The translations under genes were made by a program, and so were the position numbers. The notes under the pieces are model-generated. The model saw only the letters and a list, made by a program, of their open reading frames with translations. It had not been told where the DNA came from and did not search any database. A DNA stretch of 63,580 bases, filler included, from an uncultured Methanosarcinales archaeon (lineage in GTDB: Archaea > Nanobdellota > Nanobdellia > Woesearchaeales > CAYVYK01): assembly GCA_964455675.1 (NCBI GenBank). It is 5 parts of 4 records of this genome, joined end to end, with 100 filler letters (N's around TTAATTAATTAA, not from the genome) between each part and the next. Parts side by side here need not be neighbours in the genome. Positions count along the whole stretch, not along the records: positions 24,346 to 39,953 come from CAYVYK010000007.1; 4 more parts are not named here. One strand, given 5' to 3'. Positions 27,909 through 34,701 of the stretch are shown here, one piece after another; the stretch's first letter is position 1; each line of letters opens with the position of its first letter.

Positions 27909-29732
27909 ATGGACTACCAATTCTACCGGAAGGTAGGAAGGATCATCACGTCGGGACAGACGCACAGTGTTGTCCTCACCGGCAACATTGATGATCTCTT
28001 CCACCTGGCCGAACGAGACGATTACGTCACGATCCAAGAACTCCTCCAGGCGAAATGGGGCGGCCTGAAGGAATACATCTTCATCGTGGCAGAACTGAAC
28101 GGCCCCATCAGGTTTTTCTCGGAAGCTGACCGTGACGCCGTGCGAAAGGCATGGGTGCTGCAGCGCACCGGAATGCCGGCGGCAACGTACGCGCTCTCGC
28201 GAGTGCTCGAGTCCCGCAAGGGTAAGGAAACACCGGACCACGCGGCAGACTTTGACCGCATGCTGCTGGAAGCTGCAGGCAATCCGCAGCGGACGCTCGA
28301 GGTACTCCGGCAGCTGTGCCTATGCTCGCGCATGAAGATCAAAGGCGAGCCGCTCCTGCCGGACAAGAACCTCATCATCCTGATCGAATCCGCGGACATG
28401 CTGATCCCGGCAAAGGAAATCGCCCAGCTATCCGACTCGGACCGGAGAAGCGTCTCCATCTGCGCGGACTGGTTCAGCGATCCGGGATTCTGCCGCGGCA
28501 AAGATGCGGTTGTGCTCCTCGCCGAGTCGAGAAGCTCGCTCAACCCCAAGATCGCGCGCCTGCCGCAGCTCGTCACCGTGGAGATACCATCTCCCGACAT
28601 CGATCAGCGGATCCACGCGATCAAGTGGTACGACGGATTGCAGGAGGAGGGCAAGAAGCTCAAGCTCTGGCGGGAGGATGTGACCACTGATACGGTCGCG
28701 ATGCTCACTGCAGGCCTCTCCGTCCAAGCCCTCATGCAGCTCCTCAGGTACGTCTGCCACTTCAACGAGACTCTGACACCGGACCACATCGTGGCCATGG
28801 TGGAAGAGTACATCAAGAGCCAGCTCGGCGAGGACGTGGTCGAGTTCCTTCGGCCGACGCACACGCTGAAGGACGTGATCGGATTCTCAAAGCTGAAAGA
28901 GTGGATGCTCAAGGAAATCGTCCCCCGCATCCAATCGCCAGCGAAGATCCAGGCCGTGCGCGGCGTCGGTGTTGCGGGACCCCTCGGCGCAGGAAAGACG
29001 TTCATCTGGTCGGCGATCGCAGGGATGCTCGGGATCCCGGTGCTCATCCTCAAGAACATCCGCAGCCAGTGGTTCGGGCAAACGGATGTCATCTTCGAGC
29101 GACTGCGGCGCGTGCTGCAAGCGCTTTCCAAGGTGCTCATCTTCGTGGATGAGGCTGACACTATGTTTGGAGGCGTTGGGCCGGACTCGCACGAGACCGA
29201 ACGGCGCCTCACCGGAAAGATCCAGGCCATGATGAGCGACCCCGCACTGCGCGGAAAGGTCACATGGTTTCTGATGACTGCGCGCATCCACCTGCTGTCG
29301 CCGGACATTCGCCGCATCGGACGCCTTGACGCCATCGTTCCGGTGCTCGACCCAGTCGGCGAGGACCGGACCGAGTTCCTGCGGTGGATCACGGATGACT
29401 TCGTCGAGCAGCCGGACATCACGCAAGGGTCGGCGCTCGAGCAGGCGATCGGCGAGTGCTCGGCGGCAGGGTTTGACAACTTGCGGACCCAGTTCGCCAG
29501 GGCGAAGGACAAGAAGGGCGGAAAGATCAGCAATGATGATGCTGTGAGTATCGCTCGCGACATCATTCCGCCCGACATCGATACCGCGCGGAGAATCCAA
29601 GAGCTGTACGCGCTACGGAACTGCACCGTGCGAACCCTCCTCCCGGACCCGAACGTGGACATCAAGAGTGCACGTACGACATGGGCGAAGGAGATCGCAT
29701 ACCTCGAATCGGCCGGCGCGCGAGCAGCGTAA
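27909..29732 (+). CDS. AAA+ ATPase (degenerate N-terminal module plus active C-terminal module)
   Basis: LKDVIG, Walker A GPLGAGKT, SQWFGQT pore loop, Walker B FVDEAD, RRIGRLD; SD GAGGTGA. Confidence 0.9.
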   Translation: MDYQFYRKVGRIITSGQTHSVVLTGNIDDLFHLAERDDYVTIQELLQAKWGGLKEYIFIVAELNGPIRFFSEADRDAVRKAWVLQRTGMPAATYALSRVLESRKGKETPDHAADFDRMLLEAAGNPQRTLEVLRQLCLCSRMKIKGEPLLPDKNLIILIESADMLIPAKEIAQLSDSDRRSVSICADWFSDPGFCRGKDAVVLLAESRSSLNPKIARLPQLVTVEIPSPDIDQRIHAIKWYDGLQEEGKKLKLWREDVTTDTVAMLTAGLSVQALMQLLRYVCHFNETLTPDHIVAMVEEYIKSQLGEDVVEFLRPTHTLKDVIGFSKLKEWMLKEIVPRIQSPAKIQAVRGVGVAGPLGAGKTFIWSAIAGMLGIPVLILKNIRSQWFGQTDVIFERLRRVLQALSKVLIFVDEADTMFGGVGPDSHETERRLTGKIQAMMSDPALRGKVTWFLMTARIHLLSPDIRRIGRLDAIVPVLDPVGEDRTEFLRWITDDFVEQPDITQGSALEQAIGECSAAGFDNLRTQFARAKDKKGGKISNDDAVSIARDIIPPDIDTARRIQELYALRNCTVRTLLPDPNVDIKSARTTWAKEIAYLESAGARAA

Positions 29733-29740
29733 CATTCAGA

Positions 29741-29783
29741 GCAAGGCGCACCCTGGAAGCTTTGCGGAAAGGGTGCGCCTTGC
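29741..29783 (+). other. Intergenic 14-bp stem hairpin
   Basis: GCAAGGCGCACCCT...AGGGTGCGCCTTGC, no U tract. Confidence 0.6.
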
Positions 29784-29792
29784 AGAGAGGAT

Positions 29793-30881
29793 ATGTGGAT
29801 GATTACTAAAGTGCCCAAGAACTTCAGGCCAATCGTGGAGGCCATCGGGAGAAAGTGCCACGAGAATGGCAAGGTCGGTGAATTCAACGAAGCGCACCCC
29901 CGCAACCGGCCCGTGACATACTTTTTCCAGGAAAGCACGGACGGACTCGTGCTGTTCGTCGTACTGTACACCATGGCGTGCAGGTACGGCCAGTGCCGGG
30001 GATGTAACCTCGTGTTCTCGGCGTCGCAGTATCCGGTACGGCACCGGGACCTGTTCGCGCAGATCAACTGGATATTCGACCAGGCAGACGTGCAGGCGAA
30101 CGCAGGACGAATCGAGAAGGTCATCTTCAGCAACCAGGGAAGCGTGCTTGACCAAGTCACGCTACCGGGCACCGTGCTCATGTACTTTGTGGGCATGATG
30201 AACGACCACTTCCCTCGGGTAAAGATCTTCTGCCCGGAAACCCGGATCTCGTTTATCGACAGCCACGAGATTGGTATGCTCCGAAATGCACTGCTTCAGG
30301 AGCGCCATCTGTGGGACAGCACGAAGGCCGAGCTGGAATTTGCCATCGGCATGGAAGCGTTTGATCCTGAAATCCGACGGTGGTATGACAAGGGCTTCCA
30401 CCGGTCGGAATTCCAGATCATGCTGGAACGGCACGCACGGCCGGCGCGGGACACCGTCCGCATCAAGATCCACTTCATGCAGAAGCCGATTGTCATGTCC
30501 GACGAAGACGCCGTGAGGGATGTCATGAACGGCATCGACTACCTCGCGGAACAGGCAACGGCCCATGGGGTGCGCATTAACATGCACCTCAATCCCACAT
30601 ACGCGGCGCGTCACACTTTCCTCGAGGAGAAGTTATACGCCGGCGATTGGGATCCGCCCAAACTGGAGGACGTCATCCGGGCCGTGCTCCACGCAAAGGG
30701 AAAGAACATCACGGTGTTCGTGGGGCTGAACGACGAAGGCATGGCGGTCACTCGACGCCCGGACGGCACTCCTGTGCAAGGCACGTGCCTGCGGCCGGAG
30801 CATGAGCACCTGCATGTCGCGATCGAGCAGTTCAACAAGACGGGCGACTTTACAGTTCTCGAGCGCGCGGTCGCGGCGTAA
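29793..30881 (+). CDS. Radical SAM protein, RaSEA/TIGR01210-like
   Basis: CRYGQCRGC, NQGSVLD, PETR, AIGME, MQKP..MSDEDAVRD, HLNPTY...T.LE...G.WDPP. Confidence 0.78.
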   Translation: MWMITKVPKNFRPIVEAIGRKCHENGKVGEFNEAHPRNRPVTYFFQESTDGLVLFVVLYTMACRYGQCRGCNLVFSASQYPVRHRDLFAQINWIFDQADVQANAGRIEKVIFSNQGSVLDQVTLPGTVLMYFVGMMNDHFPRVKIFCPETRISFIDSHEIGMLRNALLQERHLWDSTKAELEFAIGMEAFDPEIRRWYDKGFHRSEFQIMLERHARPARDTVRIKIHFMQKPIVMSDEDAVRDVMNGIDYLAEQATAHGVRINMHLNPTYAARHTFLEEKLYAGDWDPPKLEDVIRAVLHAKGKNITVFVGLNDEGMAVTRRPDGTPVQGTCLRPEHEHLHVAIEQFNKTGDFTVLERAVAA

Positions 30882-30943
30882 CACGTAGCAGGTCACCTTA
30901 GTACATAACGGTGAGGATCTCCTCACAGAAAGGACACCAGCAT

Positions 30944-31216
30944 ATGCTCGCGGTAATTATCACGGGCACGAACATCCTGGCCACGCTCGAGGGGCTATTG
31001 TTCCTCGCCGGATTCGCAGCTGCAGCCTTTATGGCATTCCACGGTTTCGCGGAAGGATTGGACTACGGCAGCTCGAGGAAGGACAGGGTGATCGCGATCG
31101 TTGTCAGCAGCTTCCTGGTCCTGCTTGGTCTGCTGCTCCTCGACTTCGCGCTGTACATGTTCATCGAGCAGCGACCGATCTTCTACTGGTTCACGGGACA
31201 CAGTATCGGGGCGTAA
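30944..31216 (+). CDS. Small two-TM membrane protein
   Basis: SD AAGGA, island-type codon usage. Confidence 0.7.
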   Translation: MLAVIITGTNILATLEGLLFLAGFAAAAFMAFHGFAEGLDYGSSRKDRVIAIVVSSFLVLLGLLLLDFALYMFIEQRPIFYWFTGHSIGA

Positions 31217-31278
31217 CCGCCACCGATGTTACTAACACAGGGACAAACACAGGGGACAATATTCCCCAAGGAGCATGT

Positions 31279-31839
31279 ATGAGCAAATGGAGAGACGCCG
31301 CAACGAAGATCGGGGATGGATTCGGGGAAGCATACGCAGCGGCGTGTGAGTCGCTCGGCAATCTCGTCGATAGCGCACAGAGCGCTGCCGCCGAAAGTAA
31401 GACCCTTCAATCGCTGCAGGAGCGTACGGACCAGCTCGGCAACGTCGCCCGGCAAAGCGTCCACGATCTGCTGCGTGTTGTGCAACCGCAGATCAAGGCG
31501 GTCTTGCCGGCACTGCGCAATCATGCACAGATGCTGCGCAGGAGCATCGAAGGGCTCGGGCATTTGCCGCAGTATGCGGAAACCGAACAGCAGACGCTGC
31601 AGCGATTGGCGGAGATCGAGGCGCAGATCCGCACGATCGAGGAAGGACTCGCGCAGATGCCCGAGCACGCGCCCGAGCCGATCATCACACCGCCACTGCC
31701 CCCCCTCACACCAGTGCCTGGCCCCTCAGACCAGCTCAAGCCGACGAAGATGTTCCCCAAGACGGCGCCGCGCACGAAGGGCAAGACGAAGAAAGCAGCG
31801 CCGCGCAAGAAGCCGATCAAGGCGACGCGGCGGAAGTAA
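31279..31839 (+). CDS. Coiled-coil protein with Pro-rich linker and Lys/Arg-rich tail
   Basis: SD AAGGAG; tail TKGKTKKAAPRKKPIKATRRK. Confidence 0.75.
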   Translation: MSKWRDAATKIGDGFGEAYAAACESLGNLVDSAQSAAAESKTLQSLQERTDQLGNVARQSVHDLLRVVQPQIKAVLPALRNHAQMLRRSIEGLGHLPQYAETEQQTLQRLAEIEAQIRTIEEGLAQMPEHAPEPIITPPLPPLTPVPGPSDQLKPTKMFPKTAPRTKGKTKKAAPRKKPIKATRRK

Positions 31840-31907
31840 GCACACCCACCGCAGCCAGCGGAGAACGTTTGTACTGATTCACAACTGCAACGAAAGGACA
31901 AGAACAG

Positions 31908-32174
31908 ATGATAATTGCGCAAGGCTGGTTCACATTCGGCAACGTGATCACGTTCATCGTTATGACCATTCTCGCGGCGTGGATCGTGAACAACCTCAAG
32001 ATCCCGAACTACCACATGGTGTGGATCATTCCCGCCGTCTGGGTTCTGTTCGGGATCGCGAAGTTCGTCATCGGCTGGACGCTCGCCGTCCTCGTTCCGA
32101 TCATCGCCATCGCGGCCATCATTGCGGTCGTCCTCCAGATGCAGAAGACCGCAGAAGGGAAGAAGGTGTCATGA
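31908..32174 (+). CDS. Small three-TM membrane protein
   Basis: SD AAGGA; hydrophobic; ATGA overlap with the next gene. Confidence 0.75.
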   Translation: MIIAQGWFTFGNVITFIVMTILAAWIVNNLKIPNYHMVWIIPAVWVLFGIAKFVIGWTLAVLVPIIAIAAIIAVVLQMQKTAEGKKVS

Positions 32175-32713
32175 AGACCACCACGAAGCTCGCGGTCATG
32201 CTCTGCATGCCGCTCCTCGTGTTCTGTCTTGGGGCTGACGGCGGCTGTGAGAATTCCAACGCTACCTTCAAGGACCCGAGCCAGGACGACCTCAAGAAGG
32301 GCGAGAACATCGACATCGTCCGGATGACCGGCGTTGTGATCTCCAAGGAGGTGAATTACTACGTCGGCGACCGGACCGAGACGAAGGAGAAGATCGGCAA
32401 ACCATACTACACGATCGGCATCCGCCGGGACGTGCAGAACACCCAGGCGCCGGCCGAGCTCTTTCACGGGGTCACGCCCGAAGTGTTTGACTCACTCAAC
32501 ATCGACCAGACGCTCCCCACGGACCGGATCTACACACTCGAAGAAGTCGTGCGGCTCGAAGGCAAGATCGTCGACAAGATCGTCGATGGGAACGAGTGGG
32601 GCATCGTCATCAACCAAGGCCTGCGGAACTACAGATACTTCCGCCTCACGCCGAGCGCGTTTTATGACGAACGCATCGGCGTCGGCGCAGAACTGCCACT
32701 GCGGATCGAGTAG
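32171..32713 (+). CDS. Secreted/lipoprotein-like protein with two OB-like repeats
   Basis: Signal peptide ending GADGGC; internal duplication (GVVISK..VTPEVFDSLNIDQTLP / GKIVDK..LTPSAFYDERIGVGAELP). Confidence 0.7.
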   Translation: MKTTTKLAVMLCMPLLVFCLGADGGCENSNATFKDPSQDDLKKGENIDIVRMTGVVISKEVNYYVGDRTETKEKIGKPYYTIGIRRDVQNTQAPAELFHGVTPEVFDSLNIDQTLPTDRIYTLEEVVRLEGKIVDKIVDGNEWGIVINQGLRNYRYFRLTPSAFYDERIGVGAELPLRIE

Positions 32714-32749
32714 TAGCGCGTACACGCGCAGAAAGGATGCATGCATTAG

Positions 32750-33625
32750 ATGTCAAGTATGACAGAATCAATCCACGCAAGTGCTGCGGCACTCGTGGCG
32801 TGCGAACGATTCCTCGGAGAGAATCGCACGTGGATGCCCTATGGCAAACATGCCGACCGACAGACGGCATTCCTCGTTATGTTCGAGCAGGCACGACGCG
32901 AGCTCGGGCAGCTGCCAATCGAGTCCATCGCGGAAATCGGCAACGAGGCGCCGGTCAACGAGTTCCTCGGAAAGAAGGGCGTCGACATTCGTCTGGGCAA
33001 GATCGTGTTCCCGCACATCGCAAGCGCAGCCGTGCTTGACTGCCTGATGACATGGGCAGTTCCTGGCACAAAGTGCAAGCTCCGGCCTGCAGGAAGTGGA
33101 ACCTTCTATCCGGCAGCAAGCATCAAGGGCGGATGCATGGTGTACAAGGTCCGCGGGCACATCGTCGTCTGCATCAGAACGACCGGCGCAGACAAGGTGT
33201 ATCTGACGTGTCCGAACGGCGCACCGGCGAGCAGTCACGAACTCTACGAGATCGGACGAACGCTTGCCAACAGTGAGAACCACGGCGAGCCAAGCGACTT
33301 TTCCGGCGTCCAGTTCCCGATGGTGAACCTGAAGTACCGCCCGGACATCAGCTACCTGCTCGGCCTCACGTGCCCAGACACCAAACTTGGGGTGCCGGGC
33401 GTGATCGAGCAAGCGCTGCAGGAAGTCTCAATACGGATGAACCACCTCGGCGCGCGTGTGAAGGACGCAGCAGCGTTCGAATCCAGAATGCTTTGCGCCG
33501 AGGATCCGTACGTGATCGACCGGCCGTTCGTCGCGACATTCCATCGCGACAATCTCGTGCTGCCGTACATGGTCGCATACTGCGACACGGACTGCTGGGC
33601 GGATCCTGGCGACCTGAACGCCTGA
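32750..33625 (+). CDS. Divergent serpin-like protein
   Basis: C-terminal EQALQEVSIRMNHLGARVKDAAA...YVIDRPFVATF matches the serpin hinge/RCL/DRPF layout. Confidence 0.6.
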   Translation: MSSMTESIHASAAALVACERFLGENRTWMPYGKHADRQTAFLVMFEQARRELGQLPIESIAEIGNEAPVNEFLGKKGVDIRLGKIVFPHIASAAVLDCLMTWAVPGTKCKLRPAGSGTFYPAASIKGGCMVYKVRGHIVVCIRTTGADKVYLTCPNGAPASSHELYEIGRTLANSENHGEPSDFSGVQFPMVNLKYRPDISYLLGLTCPDTKLGVPGVIEQALQEVSIRMNHLGARVKDAAAFESRMLCAEDPYVIDRPFVATFHRDNLVLPYMVAYCDTDCWADPGDLNA

Positions 33626-33677
33626 CCCGCGTTCCACTGGGTCGGCTTTTGAAGCACGTCACTGCCGCACAATCATC

Positions 33678-33836
33678 AGGAGGAAATGTCATGTAACCAA
33701 AAAGTTCCCGCGTAGCACGGGGACGGTAACCTTCTAGGAGGCAACATCATGTAGCATGGAACACTGCAGAGAGGAGGGGACGATTCACCAAGGCCTTTGG
33801 AGGATCTGCCATGTAACCACAGCGAGGGTTGGGACG
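33678..33836 (+). promoter_or_regulatory. Tandem array of three SD + ATG-stop minimal ORFs (~60-nt period)
   Basis: GGAGG-N7-ATGTAA (33691), GGAGG-N7-ATGTAG (33749), GGAGG-N7-ATGTAA (33811); each followed by GGGACG. Confidence 0.75.
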
Positions 33837-33851
33837 GATACGTAATCCATC

Positions 33852-33884
33852 GAGGGGTCTCGCGCGAGCGAGACCCCTCCTTTT
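33852..33884 (+). terminator. Terminator/attenuator-like hairpin with GNRA loop
   Basis: GAGGGGTCTCGC-GCGA-GCGAGACCCCTC-CTTTT directly before the SD of the next gene. Confidence 0.75.
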
Positions 33885-33897
33885 ACAGGAGGCAGCA

Positions 33898-34200
33898 ATG
33901 CCAAACATTGAAGTTCACGGAAGATTCAACAACCCAGACGGAAGCTTCACGGAAGCGTACACCATCTGGTGCGAAGTCGTACGGCGCGTTGCAAGACTGC
34001 CATTCCACAAGGATGCTGTCGTCACGAAGTGCGACTGCACATGCCAAGGATGGAATGACCAGGATGAGTTCGGCATCGAGATGCCGTTCATCAGGATCTG
34101 CGCCACGAAGCGGAGCCAGATCGACGACCTCATCTCATTTCTCTCTGGCATCGCGGACATCGAGATCCTCCCGCTTCAGGAGTTCATCCCGAAGCGGTAG
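33898..34200 (+). CDS. Small protein, possibly tautomerase-like (Pro1)
   Basis: SD AGGAGG; begins MPNIEVHG; fold assignment tentative. Confidence 0.6.
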   Translation: MPNIEVHGRFNNPDGSFTEAYTIWCEVVRRVARLPFHKDAVVTKCDCTCQGWNDQDEFGIEMPFIRICATKRSQIDDLISFLSGIADIEILPLQEFIPKR

Positions 34201-34236
34201 CACACGAGCAAAAACACCTCTATGGAGGACACAGCC

Positions 34237-34665
34237 ATGCGAAGAAAAGGGTTCACCCTCGTCGAGTTGCTGGTAATACTTGCGATCATCGGCCTCCTTG
34301 TCACGATGGTTATCGCAGGAATCAGTAACAAGCGAGAGCAGCTCCAGAAGCAACAAGCGACTCAAGCGACCGAGCAGCCAGCGGCGCTTCCTCCGATCAC
34401 GTTCTCGCTCTGCAACAAGGACCAGGGCGACCTCATCACCGCCGGCGACGTGATCGTCGTGACCTACCGCGGCGATCAGCCGACAGGCATTTACACGTGC
34501 AGACGCGCGCCCGTCAGTTTCGCGCAAGGGTCACTCGAGATCCAACACGTGGAGCGCCTCAAATACCGCGTCGAATACAAACCAGTCCTCGGGACGAAGA
34601 CATACTGGTTCACAGTCGAAAGCGTCCCGTCGGGACTTCAGTTCTTCTTTGACAAGGTCAACTAG
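34237..34665 (+). CDS. Prepilin-type N-terminal cleavage/methylation domain protein
   Basis: MRRKG-FTLVELLVILAIIGLL class III signal peptide with Glu+5; SD GGAGG. Confidence 0.85.
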   Translation: MRRKGFTLVELLVILAIIGLLVTMVIAGISNKREQLQKQQATQATEQPAALPPITFSLCNKDQGDLITAGDVIVVTYRGDQPTGIYTCRRAPVSFAQGSLEIQHVERLKYRVEYKPVLGTKTYWFTVESVPSGLQFFFDKVN

Positions 34666-34701
34666 CTCCGCTCAGCGGCGCACATTCAACGAAAGGACCC
34701 C

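Noticed and set aside
29755..29767. 13-mer GGAAGCTTTGCGG shared with the minus strand at ~38305-38317
   Set aside because: A match this short is expected by chance in 63 kb and does not extend.
24564..30196. Long minus-strand ORFs (24564-25799, 26566-27603, 28604-30196)
   Set aside because: Antisense shadows of GC3-rich genes that have clear motifs on the + strand.
31316..32170. 5' extension of the 465-aa ORF 31316-32713
   Set aside because: It overlaps two better SD-led genes in other frames; the real start is ATG 32171 with a signal peptide.
33678..33836. CRISPR-like or guanidine-II (mini-ykkC) riboswitch reading of the ~60-nt units
   Set aside because: Only short motifs are conserved, not a 25-40 nt repeat, and GGGACG is not in paired ACGR-tetraloop hairpins.
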